A stretch of DNA of 48,465 bases from Salpingoeca rosetta. Its lineage: Eukaryota; Protista; Choanoflagellata. The position numbers and the translations under genes are program-made. The stretch spans positions 752,563-801,027 of the forward strand of contig JAWQFM010000027.1 of assembly GCA_033442325.1 (NCBI GenBank), given 5' to 3'. The notes under the pieces are model-generated. The model saw nothing but the letters and a program-made list of their open reading frames with translations, made no database searches and was not told where the DNA came from. This document shows, piece after piece, positions 13,166 through 25,316 of this stretch. Within the stretch, counting starts at the first letter, position 1. Every line of letters starts with the position of its first letter.

Positions 13166-13890
13166 CGGTATCTTGCCATTGTCCCTGTGCATGACCTTGT
13201 TTAATTGACACAGTGTTGACTGAAGTGTTTGCGTTCACGTGAAGGTGCTAACTATCGTACATGACACACGAATGAGAGTGAGAAGTACAGACGCACGCAC
13301 GCACACACACGCACACACACATACACACTGCAGTCATGTCCGTAAGCCATTGTCCTGGAAACAATTCGTGTGACATGGTTGTGGCAGCCAATAATGCATG
13401 CAGGGTGTAATCGTGTGAGCAGTGTGATGTTCTTGCTACGAGGGGCTTCACGTGGCTTGCGAGATTTCTTCTTCGTGCTCTCATGCATCCAGCTCAATGC
13501 ATCCGCCCAACCCACGATATATCATGCACGAAACTGGACACAATGCACCCAGAGCTCGCCACGTCTCCGACAGCAATACGGTAACGACGCTAAACAGCAG
13601 CATGAGCAGGCGGCGCATTCGGTGGTGGTAGTTGATTTGATTTGCGTCACTCTCTCTGGCGTTTCACATCCCCAAACAGAGCATCTGACCTGCGCAAACG
13701 TTGTCGTATGTATGAAGTATGAAACTGCTATCTGGCAAAAGCTGTGGGGAGTACGATTTACTGGTCGTTGTGATACTTTGAAGGAGAAACAGGTCGGTTA
13801 ATCAACGGAGGAACAAACACCATACGCGTTCGTGTGGTTTGTGCAGTCCTGCAGTGCAGTACAAATGTGACTGATGTCACGGTTGAAGTC

Positions 13891-14985
13891 GGTGAGATGT
13901 GAGTAAGGACGTGTGTTGTGGAACACGTTTAAGAAAATGGTTGGTGCCTGTGGTGCGCAGCCTGTTGTGGAAGGCTGGCCCGAGTGAAGGCGTGTCCTGT
14001 GGTGCGCGGCCACTCAGAGGTCCTGACGCGGAGTCGAAGGACGTGGCGACCGGCCCGAATGAGGACGGGCCCGTGGCTGGCAGCCTGGCAGAGGACGCTG
14101 GTCGAACAGCATCGTGCAGAACTGAGCCGTCTTGGGCCGAGGGAGGATCTTCGTGAGGAGATCTGCGATCATGTGCTCCGTGGCGAGGTAGCCCAGCACA
14201 ATCCTCTTGGTGTCGACGCACTCACGGATGTAGTGGTACTTGACGAGGATGTGCCGCATGCGCGAGGCGGCGTGTTCGGCAACGCGCTGCGCCGGCTGGT
14301 TGTCCGTGTGGACGAGCGTGGGCTCGCACAGGACGGCGCCGGTGAGCTCCTCCTGGAGTTGGCGAAGGAACATGAGTTCCTGTGCGGTGGCTGCGAGAGC
14401 CATGTACTCCGCGTCGGCGGAGGCTGTGGCCACGGTGGCCTGCAGCTTGGAGTTCCAGGACACGGGGCCCGTGGAACAGAAGACGACGAAGCCCGTGCGG
14501 GAACGTCGCGTGTCAACGTCGGAGGCGAACGACGCATCCGAGTACGCTGAGAGCACGCCGTCGGCGGTGCTGCCGTTGCTGGCGTCGTCAGTGGCGGCGT
14601 ACTTGATGATGTAGGACAAGGTGCCCTTGATGTAGCGAAGAAGGTGCTTGGCAGCCTTCCAGTGGTCCATGCCGAAGTGCTGCATGCGGCGAGACAGGAT
14701 GGAGACAGCCGCCGAGATGTCTGGGCGCGTCATCGTCGCAGCATAGAGGAGGGAGCCAAGCAGCTCGCGGAACGGCACGTCCGGGAGTGGCTCCTCCTTG
14801 TCGGCTGGCTTGTCGACGTAGCCCGTGCAGAGCGGCGTGCCGACGGGCTTGCAGTCAGCCATGCCGAAGGTCTCCAGCACGTTGCGCAGGTAGTGCTCCT
14901 GGCTCATGGTGACGGTCCTGGCCTTGCGGTCGTGCTGCACCTTGATGCCGAGACATATGTCTGGGCTGCCCAGGTCCTTCATCTT
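13891..14985 (-). mobile_element. Ty1/copia pol copy 1: C-terminal RT, RNase H and 3' UTR stub
   Basis: KMKDLG...LGIKV, FRELLGSLLY, TRPDIS, YSDASFASD..RRSRTG, AEYMAL, HILVKYHYIRE, MIADLLTK; stop at 14014. Near-identity to copy 2 ends at 13891. Confidence 0.93.
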
Positions 14986-15071
14986 TGTTGAGACACGACA
15001 GGTGTGTGTGTGTGTTTACTGTAGGCAAACGCAACAAACAAGAACACAAGGAGAATGAACAAGTACAACAA
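14986..15071 (-). mobile_element. 3' end of LTR type A, abutting RT coding sequence
   Basis: Reverse complement matches 18117-18201, contains AGTAAA, ends ...CCTGTCGTGTCTCAACA, and is joined directly to AAG ATG AAG GAC (KMKD) of RT. Confidence 0.75.
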
Positions 15072-15430
15072 NNNNNNNNNNNNNNNNNNNNNNNNNNNNN
15101 NNNNNNNNNNNNNNNNNNNNNNNNNNNNNNNNNNNNNNNNNNNNNNNNNNNNNNNNNNNNNNNNNNNNNNNNNNNNNNNNNNNNNNNNNNNNNNNNNNNN
15201 NNNNNNNNNNNNNNNNNNNNNNNNNNNNNNNNNNNNNNNNNNNNNNNNNNNNNNNNNNNNNNNNNNNNNNNNNNNNNNNNNNNNNNNNNNNNNNNNNNNN
15301 NNNNNNNNNNNNNNNNNNNNNNNNNNNNNNNNNNNNNNNNNNNNNNNNNNNNNNNNNNNNNNNNNNNNNNNNNNNNNNNNNNNNNNNNNNNNNNNNNNNN
15401 NNNNNNNNNNNNNNNNNNNNNNNNNNNNNN

Positions 15431-17391
15431 GACCTGGAGTAGCCCTGGCACCAGCGCGCTGTACTGATCACCTGCCTGGTCATCGCGCTCCTCCGGAAGA
15501 TGACCATGCTGCGGAGCAGCTTGTGGCCCTTGGGAAGGTCAGCGCGAGGCACGACGTCGTAGACGTCATTGGCCTGCATTGCCGCAAACTCGTCCAGGAT
15601 GGCTTGGCGCCACTCCTCAGAGTCTGGCGAGGCAAGCGCCTCCTTGACGGTGGCTGGCTCAGCTGACGTGGCAACACTGCCAGCAGCGATGTCTGGTAGA
15701 TGACCACCCACTGCTGATGTCTTCTCCCCCGTACCAGCAGCGCTGGTGGCAACGTGACACGTGGTGGTTGAGCCACCAGGGGTGTCCTTGTCACCGAGGG
15801 TCTCGGACAACAGCAGCTGGTCCCAGACGGAGCCGCCAAGGGCGCGTGGCTGGAGCTGCGGCTCCCCCGCACGTGGTGCAGTGGGAGCGCCGGTGGCACT
15901 GTCCTCGGTTGAACGCTGAGCGGTCTTGTTGGCATGCGAAGCAGAGGCACCGCTGTTGTCCTGCTCTTGCTGCTGCTGAGAGGAGGCGACGTCCTTGTTC
16001 TTGATGGCGCCGAAGCGAGCGTGGATGGTGTGGACAACGCGTCGCGTGTCCGGCATCCAGACGACGTGGGCCTGGTCCTCCTCAGCGAAGCCGACGTAGA
16101 CGCCAACGCGTGAGCGTGGGTCAAGCTTGTGCCGCGTGCTGCTCTTCTCCACATGCACGTAGGCCGGCGAGCCGAAGACACGCAGCAGGCTGACGTCGAA
16201 GGCGTGCCCAGTCAGGGCCTCGAACGGTGACTTGTCCTTGAGGCTCCTGCGTGGCGCGATGTTGTGCAGCAGCGTGGCGTGCTGCACGGCGAAGCCCCAG
16301 AACGGCTTGTCCAGGTCCGCAGCAAACAGCATCGTGCGCGCCGTCTCAAACAGGGTGCGGAAGGTGCGCTCCGCGGATCCGTTCTTGGCCTGCGAGTGCG
16401 GTGGCGAGAAGCGCTGCTTGATGTCGAAGGCCAGGCACAGGTCGGTGAAGTCCTGACTCTTGAAGACGGCGTCGCTGTCCGTCTGCAGCGTGGCGCCTCG
16501 GAGCGCGTTGACGACGTGGCGGTCCTTGCGCAGCTGCTCCAGGGCCGCACCGACGTCGTTCTTGTGCCGGATGAGAAACGTCCAGGCAAAGCGCGTGCAG
16601 TCGTCGATGAAGGTCAGCGCGTAGCGTGCACCTCGCAGCGACGTCTCCTCCAGCGGACCGGCGATGTCGGCGTAGAGCAGCTGGCATGGCCCAGCGCTGC
16701 GTGGAGCAGACTGCTTTGGGATGGAGGCCCGCGTGCTCTTGCCAAGCGCACATGGTCCACAGGTGACGATGTGCTTGGAAGAGGCCTGGGCAATCTGCTG
16801 CCGGATGGCGTCGACGGCCGCGCTGCTGCGATGGCCTAGCACGTCGTGTGCAGAGGCGCCCTCGTCAGCATCCTCGGCTTCCCCATCGCTGCTGTGCACG
16901 AGCTCCCCCGCAAGCGCCGTGGCTTGTTGGGAGGTCGTGGTGCTGGCATAGAGGAAGAGGTGGCCGGTGTCCTTGGACGGCAGCAGAGGCACGCTCCATG
17001 TGGCAAACTGGATGCGGCTGTCGTCCGCAGCAATGACGACGGAAGCACCACGACGCGCGCGAGTCACCAGGTTCAGCGCCAGAAGGTTGTACTTGATGTC
17101 GGGGACATGCAGCACGTTCTTGAGCGTGATGGTACCTGGAGCGCCGTCTGTGCCAGTCACGCGGAGCACGGCGTCGCCCTTGCCAATGGCCGTGACGGCC
17201 TGGCTGTTGGCAACGGTGACGTGCTGCGTGACGGCGATGTAGTTGGTGAGGAGGGAGGCGTCGCTGGTGATGTGCGCCGTGGCACCGCTGTCAGCGAGCC
17301 AGAGCTGTGGTGGCACTGGTCCGATGGCGTGGCCCTCCTCGCCCTCGGGCTGCAGCATGAGGGCATCGTGGTGGATGACGAAGGTCTCCAC
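15431..17391 (-). mobile_element. Ty1/copia pol copy 1: protease, integrase and start of RT (no gag visible)
   Basis: Protease WLADSGATAHI; HHCC zinc finger (HDVLGH...CGPCALGK); DDE core (YADIAGP, LQTDSDAVF, NGSAERTFRTL); RVFGSPAYVH...KLDPRSRVGVYVG. Order PR-IN-RT-RH is the copia order. Confidence 0.93.
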
Positions 17392-17758
17392 TGTTGTAAG
17401 TTCATGGTGGTGGTGCTGTTGTTGGAGACTTGTGTGTGTGTGTGTGCTGTGTGTGCAGTTTGTCTTGGTACGAGGAAGTTGTGTGTGTTTACTTGAGTTG
17501 TGAAGCAAACAAGGATGTAGGATGAATGAACACTCCAACAGAAAGAAACAGAGCAGAAGACAAGAATTGTCGACAACGCAAAGTGGTGACGTGGCAGTGT
17601 TTGTTGAGAGTTGTGTGGTTATGTGGTGTGTTATGCAAGAGCATGTAACATCGAGCAACCACACAAGCTAAACACTGCACGTGCAACAGGTTGGAGGGAA
17701 GTCACGTGAACATTCCGAGAACACAAGAGAGGTGAGTGCAAATTTGTGGTGTCGTGAA
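17392..17758 (-). mobile_element. LTR type B (3' part) joined just upstream of the protease
   Basis: Reverse complement is near-identical to 20906-21307. Both copies contain AGTAAA(CA)n and diverge exactly after ...CCATGAACTTWCAACA. Confidence 0.7.
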
Positions 17759-18023
17759 NNNNNNNNNNNNNNNNNNNNNNNNNNNNNNNNNNNNNNNNNN
17801 NNNNNNNNNNNNNNNNNNNNNNNNNNNNNNNNNNNNNNNNNNNNNNNNNNNNNNNNNNNNNNNNNNNNNNNNNNNNNNNNNNNNNNNNNNNNNNNNNNNN
17901 NNNNNNNNNNNNNNNNNNNNNNNNNNNNNNNNNNNNNNNNNNNNNNNNNNNNNNNNNNNNNNNNNNNNNNNNNNNNNNNNNNNNNNNNNNNNNNNNNNNN
18001 NNNNNNNNNNNNNNNNNNNNNNN

Positions 18024-18217
18024 CTCTCTGCCCATGTCGCCTTGGCAGCGTCATTGACTGTGTGCACTTGTCTTGTATTCGTTTGAGCGTGCTGCCCGAG
18101 TTGATTTGGCAGCAGCTTGTTGTGCTTGTTCATTCTCCTTGTGTTCTTGTTTGTTGCGTTTGCCTACAGTAAACACACACACCACCTGTCGTGTTTCTAC
18201 AGATTATGAGACCCAGC
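18024..18217 (+). mobile_element. LTR type A (ends 18201) followed by a degenerate half-tRNAiMet-type primer-binding site
   Basis: Ends ...GTCGTGTTTCTACA, then GATTATGAGACCCAGC, compared with GGTTATG(G/A)GCCCAGC, the complement of the internal anticodon-arm region of initiator tRNA-Met used by Drosophila copia/Ty5-type elements. Confidence 0.65.
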
Positions 18218-18361
18218 CACCCCTGAGCATCATCACCACTTGTCTCACACTCGCTTGTGCGTCTTCTCTCCCTTCTGCTTGTTTCCCTCTCTTGTTTCTC
18301 CATCACCTTTCTTGAGCGTGCAGTATGTCTGACCCGTCAGACCACGTCGTTTCCACAGCCA

Positions 18362-20635
18362 GCCCTGACTGGGCACGCCTTCGACGTCAGCCTGCTGCGT
18401 GTCTTCGGCTCGCCGGCCTACGTGCATGTGGAGAAGAGCAGCACGCGGCACAAGCTTGACCCACGCTCACGCGTTGGCGTCTACGTCGGCTTCGCTGAGG
18501 AGGACCAGGCCCACGTCGTCTGGATGCCGGACACGCGACGCGTTGTCCACACCATCCACGCTCGCTTCGGCGCCATCAAGAACAAGGACGTCGCCTCCTC
18601 TCAGCAGCAGCAAGAGCAGGACAACAGCGGTGCCTCTGCTTCGCATGCCAACAAGACCGCTCAGCGTTCAACCGAGGACAGTGCCACCGGCGCTCCCACT
18701 GCACCACGTGCGGGGGAGCCGCAGCTCCAGCCACGCGCCCTTGGCGGCTCCGTCTGGGACCAGCTGCTGTTGTCCGAGACCCTCGGTGACAAGGACACCC
18801 CTGGTGGCTCAACCACCACGTGTCACGTTGCCACCAGCGCTGCTGGTACGGGGGAGAAGACATCAGCAGTGGGTGGTCATCTACCAGACATCGCTGCTGG
18901 CAGTGTTGCCACGTCAGCTGAGCCAGCCACCGTCAAGGAGGCGCTTGCCTCGCCAGACTCTGAGGAGTGGCGCCAAGCCATCCTGGACGAGTTTGCGGCA
19001 ATGCAGGCCAATGACGTCTACGACGTCGTGCCTCGCGCTGACCTTCCCAAGGGCCACAAGCTGCTCCGCAGCATGGTCATCTTCCGGAGGAAGCGCGATG
19101 ACCAGGGCAAGGTGATCAAGTACAAGGCGCGCTGGGTTGCCAAGGGCTACTCCCAGGTCCACGGTGTCAACTACACGGACACCTTTGCTCCGACGGCCAC
19201 CATCGCAGCCATCCGCACCATGCTCGCCATGGCCGTCGCGCGTGGCATGGACGTCCAGCAGATGGACGTCAACACGGCGTTCCTCAACGCGCCCGTAGAT
19301 CACGAGATCTACGTCCAGCCACCGGCCGTCGACGGCATCTTCTCGCCGAATACGGTCCTGCGCCTCAAGCGCGGGCTGTATGGACTGAAGCAGAGCCCGC
19401 GCCTGTGGAACCACACGCTGGACGCCTGGATGCGCGAGCAGGACTTCGTCGCCACAGCCACGGACGCCTGCATCTACCGCCGCACCTGCAAGGGTGGCAA
19501 AGTGATGTGGGTTGCCGTCTACGTGGACGACCTGCTCATCTTCGCCGACAGCGACAGCGACATGGCCGCGTTCAAGAAGGCCATCTCCAAGCGCTTCAAG
19601 ATGAAGGACCTGGGCAGCCCAGACATATGTCTCGGCATCAAGGTGCGGCACGACCGCAAGGCCAGGACCGTCACCATGAGCCAGGAGCACTACCTGCGCA
19701 GCGTGCTGGAGACCTTCGGCATGGCTGACTGCAAGCCCGTCGGCACGCCGCTCTGCACGGGCTACGTCGACAAGCCAGCCGACAAGGAGGAGCCACTCCC
19801 GGACGTGCCGTTCCGCGAGCTGCTTGGCTCCCTCCTCTATGCTGCGACGATGACGCGCCCAGACATCTCGGCGGCTGTCTCCATCCTGTCTCGCCGCATG
19901 CAGCACTTCGGCATGGACCACTGGAAAGGCTGCCAAGCACCTTCTTCGCTACATCAAGGGCACCTTGTCCTACACCATCAAGTACGCCGCCACTGGCGAC
20001 ACCAGCAGCGGCAGCACTGNNNNNNNNNNNNNNNNNNNNNNNNNNNNNNNNNNNNNNNNNNNNNNNNNNNNNNNNNNNNNNNNNNNNNNNNNNNNNNNNN
20101 NNNNNNNNNNNNNNNNNNNTTCGCCTCCGACGTTGACACGCGACGTTCCCGCACGGGCTTCGTCGTCTTCTGTTCCACGGGCCCCGTGTCCTGGAACTCC
20201 AAGCTGCAGGCCACTGTGGCCACAGCCTCCGCCGACGCGGAGTACATGGCTCTCGCAGCCACCGCACAGGAACTCATGTTCCTTCGCCAACTCCAGGAGG
20301 AGCTCACCGGCGCCGTCCTGTGCGAGCCCACGCTCGTCCACACGGACAACCAGCCGGCGCAGCGCGTTGCCGAACACGCCGCCTCGCGCATGCGGCACAT
20401 CCTCGTCAAGTACCACTACATCCGCGAGTGCGTCGACACCAAGAGGATTGTGCTGAGCTACCTCGCCACGGAGCACATGATCGCAGATCTCCTCACGAAG
20501 ATCCTCCCTCGGCCCAAGACGGCTCAGTTCTGCACGATGCTGTTCGACCAGCGTCCTCTGCCAGGTTGCCAGCCACGGGCCCGTCCTCATTCGGGCCGGT
20601 CGCCACGTCCTTCGACTCCGCGTCAGGACCTCTGA
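18362..20635 (+). mobile_element. Ty1/copia pol copy 2: integrase C-terminus, RT, RNase H (gag, PR and IN core absent)
   Basis: YKARWVAKGYSQ, QMDVNTAFLN, LYGLKQSPRLWN, YVDDLL and RNase H motifs. Near-identical to copy 1 with scattered substitutions. A +1 A near 19926, and a gap at 20020-20119. Confidence 0.95.
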
Positions 20636-20905
20636 GCGGCCGCGCACCACAGGACACGCCTTCACTCGGGCCAGCCTTCCACAACAGGCTGCGCACCACA
20701 GGCACCAACCATTTTCTTAAACGTGTTCCACAACACACGTCCTTACTCACATCTCACCTACATCTGCCCATGCCATTCCTACATGCATGACATCATCCAC
20801 ATGCTCATCACGTTTCAGAACATCAACGCAACAGAGAGGTAGGTCAATGCGACCACAGCCCCGTCACACAAGTCCTGTCTGCTGAGTCATCATTGACCTC
20901 CCTTC

Positions 20906-21229
20906 TTCACGACACCACAACTTTGCATTTCACCTCTCTTGTGTTCTGGAATGTTCACGTGATTTCCCTCCAACCTGTTGCACGTGCAGTGTTTAGCTTG
21001 TGTGGTTGCTCGATGTTACATGCTCTTGCATAACACACCACATAACCACACAACTCTCAACAAACACTGCCACGTCACCACTTTGCGTTGTCGACAATTC
21101 TTGTCTTCTGCTCTGTTTCTTTCTGTTGGAGTGTTCATTCATCCTACATCCTTGTTTGCTTCACAACTCAAGTAAACACACACAACTTCCTCTTGCCAAG
21201 ACAATCTCCCACACAACACACAGCACACT

Positions 21230-21269
<40 letters not shown>

Positions 21270-21307
21270 GTCTCCAACAACAGCACCATCACCATGAACT
21301 TTCAACA
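20906..21307 (+). mobile_element. LTR type B downstream of pol copy 2 (5' boundary not identified)
   Basis: Matches the reverse complement of 17392-17758, ends in CAACA and carries an AGTAAA signal. I found no clear PPT+TG start. Confidence 0.65.
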
Positions 21308-21666
21308 AGGAGAGGCAGTTGGCACACATGCCAGCAGAGAGGAAGGAATGTTTGCCAACGGAAAAACCACAAAGCAGGTGTTGTTGGCAAACAAGACAAA
21401 ACCACATGAGAAGGCAAATTAGGAAGCACTCAACACAAAACAGAAACTCACTGACTCTCAACATATGGTGCTCTCGATGACACCTGGGAGCCGGCAGAGT
21501 CGTTCCTTGGTGAGGGAGCTCAAAAGCTTCTTCGAGACTACGCGGCACAACATGCCATCGACCTGTCTGACCCAGGCGATACATAGCGCCGAGCGTTATC
21601 ACACGCACATATGTACACACACTCTACAAAAACGTACCCATACACACGCATGCGCACATGATTGCT

Positions 21667-21920
21667 GGAGGGGGGTATGTTACGTCTAGCGAGGGGGAGA
21701 GTGCAATCCGTTAGAACATGTTTTGTTTGCAACCTGTCAGAACATGCTCAACCAGCTTGCTAGAGTTTTGCTTGAACGTGTTTGTACCACTGCTTGCCCC
21801 CTTTCCGTGTGCACTGTTACCTGTTGACTCTGATTCATTCATCCTTTCCTCTCGTTTACCACATCGATACAAAGTTCTCCCTTACACCAGCACCATCACC
21901 ATGAGTGTGGACAGGCCAAC
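21667..21920 (+). mobile_element. Possible PPT plus older, diverged LTR (type C)
   Basis: GGAGGGGGGTA followed by TGTT at 21678. Shares TTCATTCATCCT and CAGCACCATCACCATGA with LTR-B and ends ...GCCAACA. Confidence 0.35.
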
Positions 21921-22196
21921 ACATCGCAACTACACAAATGCTGCGACAAACAAAACGATGTTACTTTGTGGTCAAGCGCGAAGATGGCATCAACCCCGCG
22001 TACAAAGCCAGCGGTATGGCAACGAGCAGGAAACGGCGGCCAGCCTGCTTCTGGTCCCGGGTTGAGTGCGGTTCAACCGGCCCAGCTGAAGCATCTCTCA
22101 ACTCTGGTGTAGTATAGACCAAAAATAGACCAGTGCACTGTAAGTATGACATTACCAAATGTAGTCTGTGTTGTTGTGGGTACACACCAATCGGAG

Positions 22197-22676
22197 ATGA
22201 TGAACGTGACACGTGTCCTGCTTAGTGCTGGAAGGCGTGTCGGGTACACGCGAGCAGCTGTGGCTGGCTGCCGCGCGGTGAGCCGGTGCATGTCCACAGA
22301 TGGCACAGGTGCCAGCGCAGCGTCGGTGGAGGTTGACACGGCCCACACCAAGTCGCACTCCTTTCAGGCAGAGACAACAAAGCTGCTGGACATTGTGGCC
22401 AAGTCACTGTACAGCGAGCGGGAGGTGTTTGTGCGTGAGCTCATCAGCAACGCAGCAGATGCACTGGAGAAGCTGAGGTACCTGCAAACGACTGGGGAGT
22501 CCATTGAGCAGCCGGACGAACCCCTCCAAATCTCCATTACCACAGACGAGGAAGCCGGCACCTTCTCCATCGAGGTGTGGTGGTATGGTTGGTGTGTGTG
22601 TGTGTGTGTGTATGTATGTTCTGTTTATCTGTGTGTTCTGTGTGTAGGTCTCTCTATGTGCGTGCGTGTGTTCTGT

Positions 22677-22739
<63 letters not shown>

Positions 22740-23060
22740 CTCTATGTCAACCGGCCTGCCAATGTGATACTTGAACAATCTGCTTTCTGCTGCAGTGGTG
22801 TCTTTAACCCAGCGTTTCCACCATTTGTGTTCTTGGTGCACTCTTACACCTGAATGGCAACTCTTTGCCACCTAATCATGGCTCAGGATACGGGCATTGG
22901 CATGTCTGAGGAGGAGCTTGTGGAGAACCTTGGAACAATTGCGCGTTCAGGGTCCAAGGCATTCATCGAGAAACTGGGCGAAACAGCAACAGGCAACGCA
23001 CAGGCGCGGGACAACATCATTGGCCAGTTTGGTGTTGGCTTCTACGCTGGTACGCAGGCG

Positions 23061-23112
<52 letters not shown>

Positions 23113-25285
23113 ATGTGGGTGGTTGCTCTTCTGGTGCTGCTCCTGCCTTTGGCACCGGCCTTGCTCCTTGTTGTACGAACGGCATTCACTCTGCATTGAT
23201 GTGCAGGCTTCATGGTTGGCACTGACATTACTGTTTACTCCAAATCGTACATGCCTGAGGTTCACGGCAACATGTGGCACTCCACTGGGTACGTGCATGT
23301 GTGTGTGTATGTGTGTATGTGTGTGTGCGTGTTTCGAGGGAGCTTTGATCATCGTCAACTATTACTACGCACACTTGTAGTTCCGCTCACAGTCACCGCT
23401 ATCATGTTTTACCCCCAACCTCTTCATATACACTGTAGCCATGGAAGTTACGACATTGCCCCCGCAAAGCATGTCAGACGTGGTACAAAGATTGTCATCA
23501 AGGTAACCGAGCGCGTGTGAATGTGTGTGTGTGTGTGTGCGTGTGTATGTGTGTGTATTCAGTGTGTTCGTGTGTGTATGTGTTCATTTTGATATGATGT
23601 CGGTTACGTTCATGTCATTTCTCAGAACGAATGGTGGGGGAGTTTCTTGGTTGGCATGTGTGTATGTATTGTGCTTCTTTCGTGCTTCAGCCTCAAACAC
23701 ACGCACACGCATACGCACACATACACACACACATATGCACGCAAACACACACACACACACACACACAGCTGCGTGATGACGCAACGGAGTTTGCCAAGGG
23801 CGACCGTGTGCAGGAGATTATCACCAAGTACAGCAACTTTGTTGGTTTCCCCATCACCGTCAACGGGTCCCGCATCAACACCGTCGAGCCCCTGTGGACA
23901 CTCAACCCATCAGACATCACCCAAGAGCAGCACGAGTGTACGTCGCAGCTTTCAGCCCTGCACAGTGCTCTGCCAGCGCCACCTCTGCCGTCTGTCCATG
24001 TTGTGTGTGTGTGTGTGTGTGTGTATGCGTACGTGTGTGTGTGTGTGTGTATGCGTACGTGTGTGTTTGCCCGCTCGGTCTAGGTGCACACCCACCCACA
24101 CCCACACCCACTCACACATACACACACACACACATTTCACAAATTTGTTCTCCTCTTTCTTCCACGCACAGCCTTCTACAAGTTTGTGAGCAACTCCTTC
24201 GACAAGCCCATGTACACGGTATGTATTGGATTGCCAACAATGTTGTGTGGCGTACTCTCCATATCAGAGTGCTTTTTGTTCGGCCGCGTGCGCACATAGC
24301 CAATGCTGCTGTCATCACCGATGGTGGATTCCCTCCCTTACATATGTGAGGATTGTCTTGGTTGTCTCTCGTTGTGCGTGCGTGTGCGTCCACAGATCCA
24401 GTACAGCACCGATGCGCCACTGATGATCCGCAGTCTTCTTTACGTGCCAACGGTGCGTCATAACGCGTGCCAAGCATGCTGTCTTCTTCACCTCCTTCTC
24501 CTTCTGCGTCCCTTCTGCTCCTTCTTCCTCATCAGCCCATCCTGCAACTCTTCCTTTCCTGCCACCTCACCGCCACCATCATCACCATCGCCTTCGTCGT
24601 TGGTACGTACAGATGCAGCTTGAGAAGTACGGGATGGGCCGCATGGATCCCGGCGTGTCGCTTTACTGCCGCAAAGTGCTCATCAAGAGCAAGATGGAGA
24701 ACCTCTTTCCGTCGTGGCTGCGCTTTCTGCGCGGTGTTGTTGACAGCGAAGACATCCCACTCAACCTCTCCCGCGAGATGCTCCAGGTCTGAACGTGTTG
24801 GGGGTGGTGCCAAGGCATCTGTTATTTGTGCATGTGTGTTTGCGTGTGTTGGGGTTGGGTGTGGGATGTGGACGTTGACGTCATGGGTTTTGTCTCATTT
24901 CTCTCCTCTCCTCACTCACTCACACACTCACTCACACACACACACACTCACTCACTCACTCACTCACTCACTCACTCACTCACTCACTCACTCACTCACT
25001 CACTCACTCACTCACTCACTCACTCATTCACTCACTATGACACTATGACCACACTTATGGCGACGACAACCGTCCTTGCTACCTGACCCCCCCCCCCCTC
25101 GCTCGCAGGACACGGCGCTGATCCGGCGCATTGGCGACATCCTCACGGGCCGCGTGATCAAGCATCTCGAGCGCCAGAAGACCGCAGACCGCGCCGCTTA
25201 CACCACTTTCGCCACAGAATACGGTCGGTCGCTGGAGACGCCAGCTGCGTATGCGTGTGTGTGTGTGTGTGTCTGTGCGTGTGCA

Positions 25286-25316
<31 letters not shown>

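Noticed and set aside
15431-15500. Cluster of frameshifts in copy 1 RT (and the +1 A near 19926 in copy 2) as pseudogenisation or programmed frameshifting
   Set aside because: The differences are homopolymer or doublet length changes close to gaps, typical of low-quality read ends.
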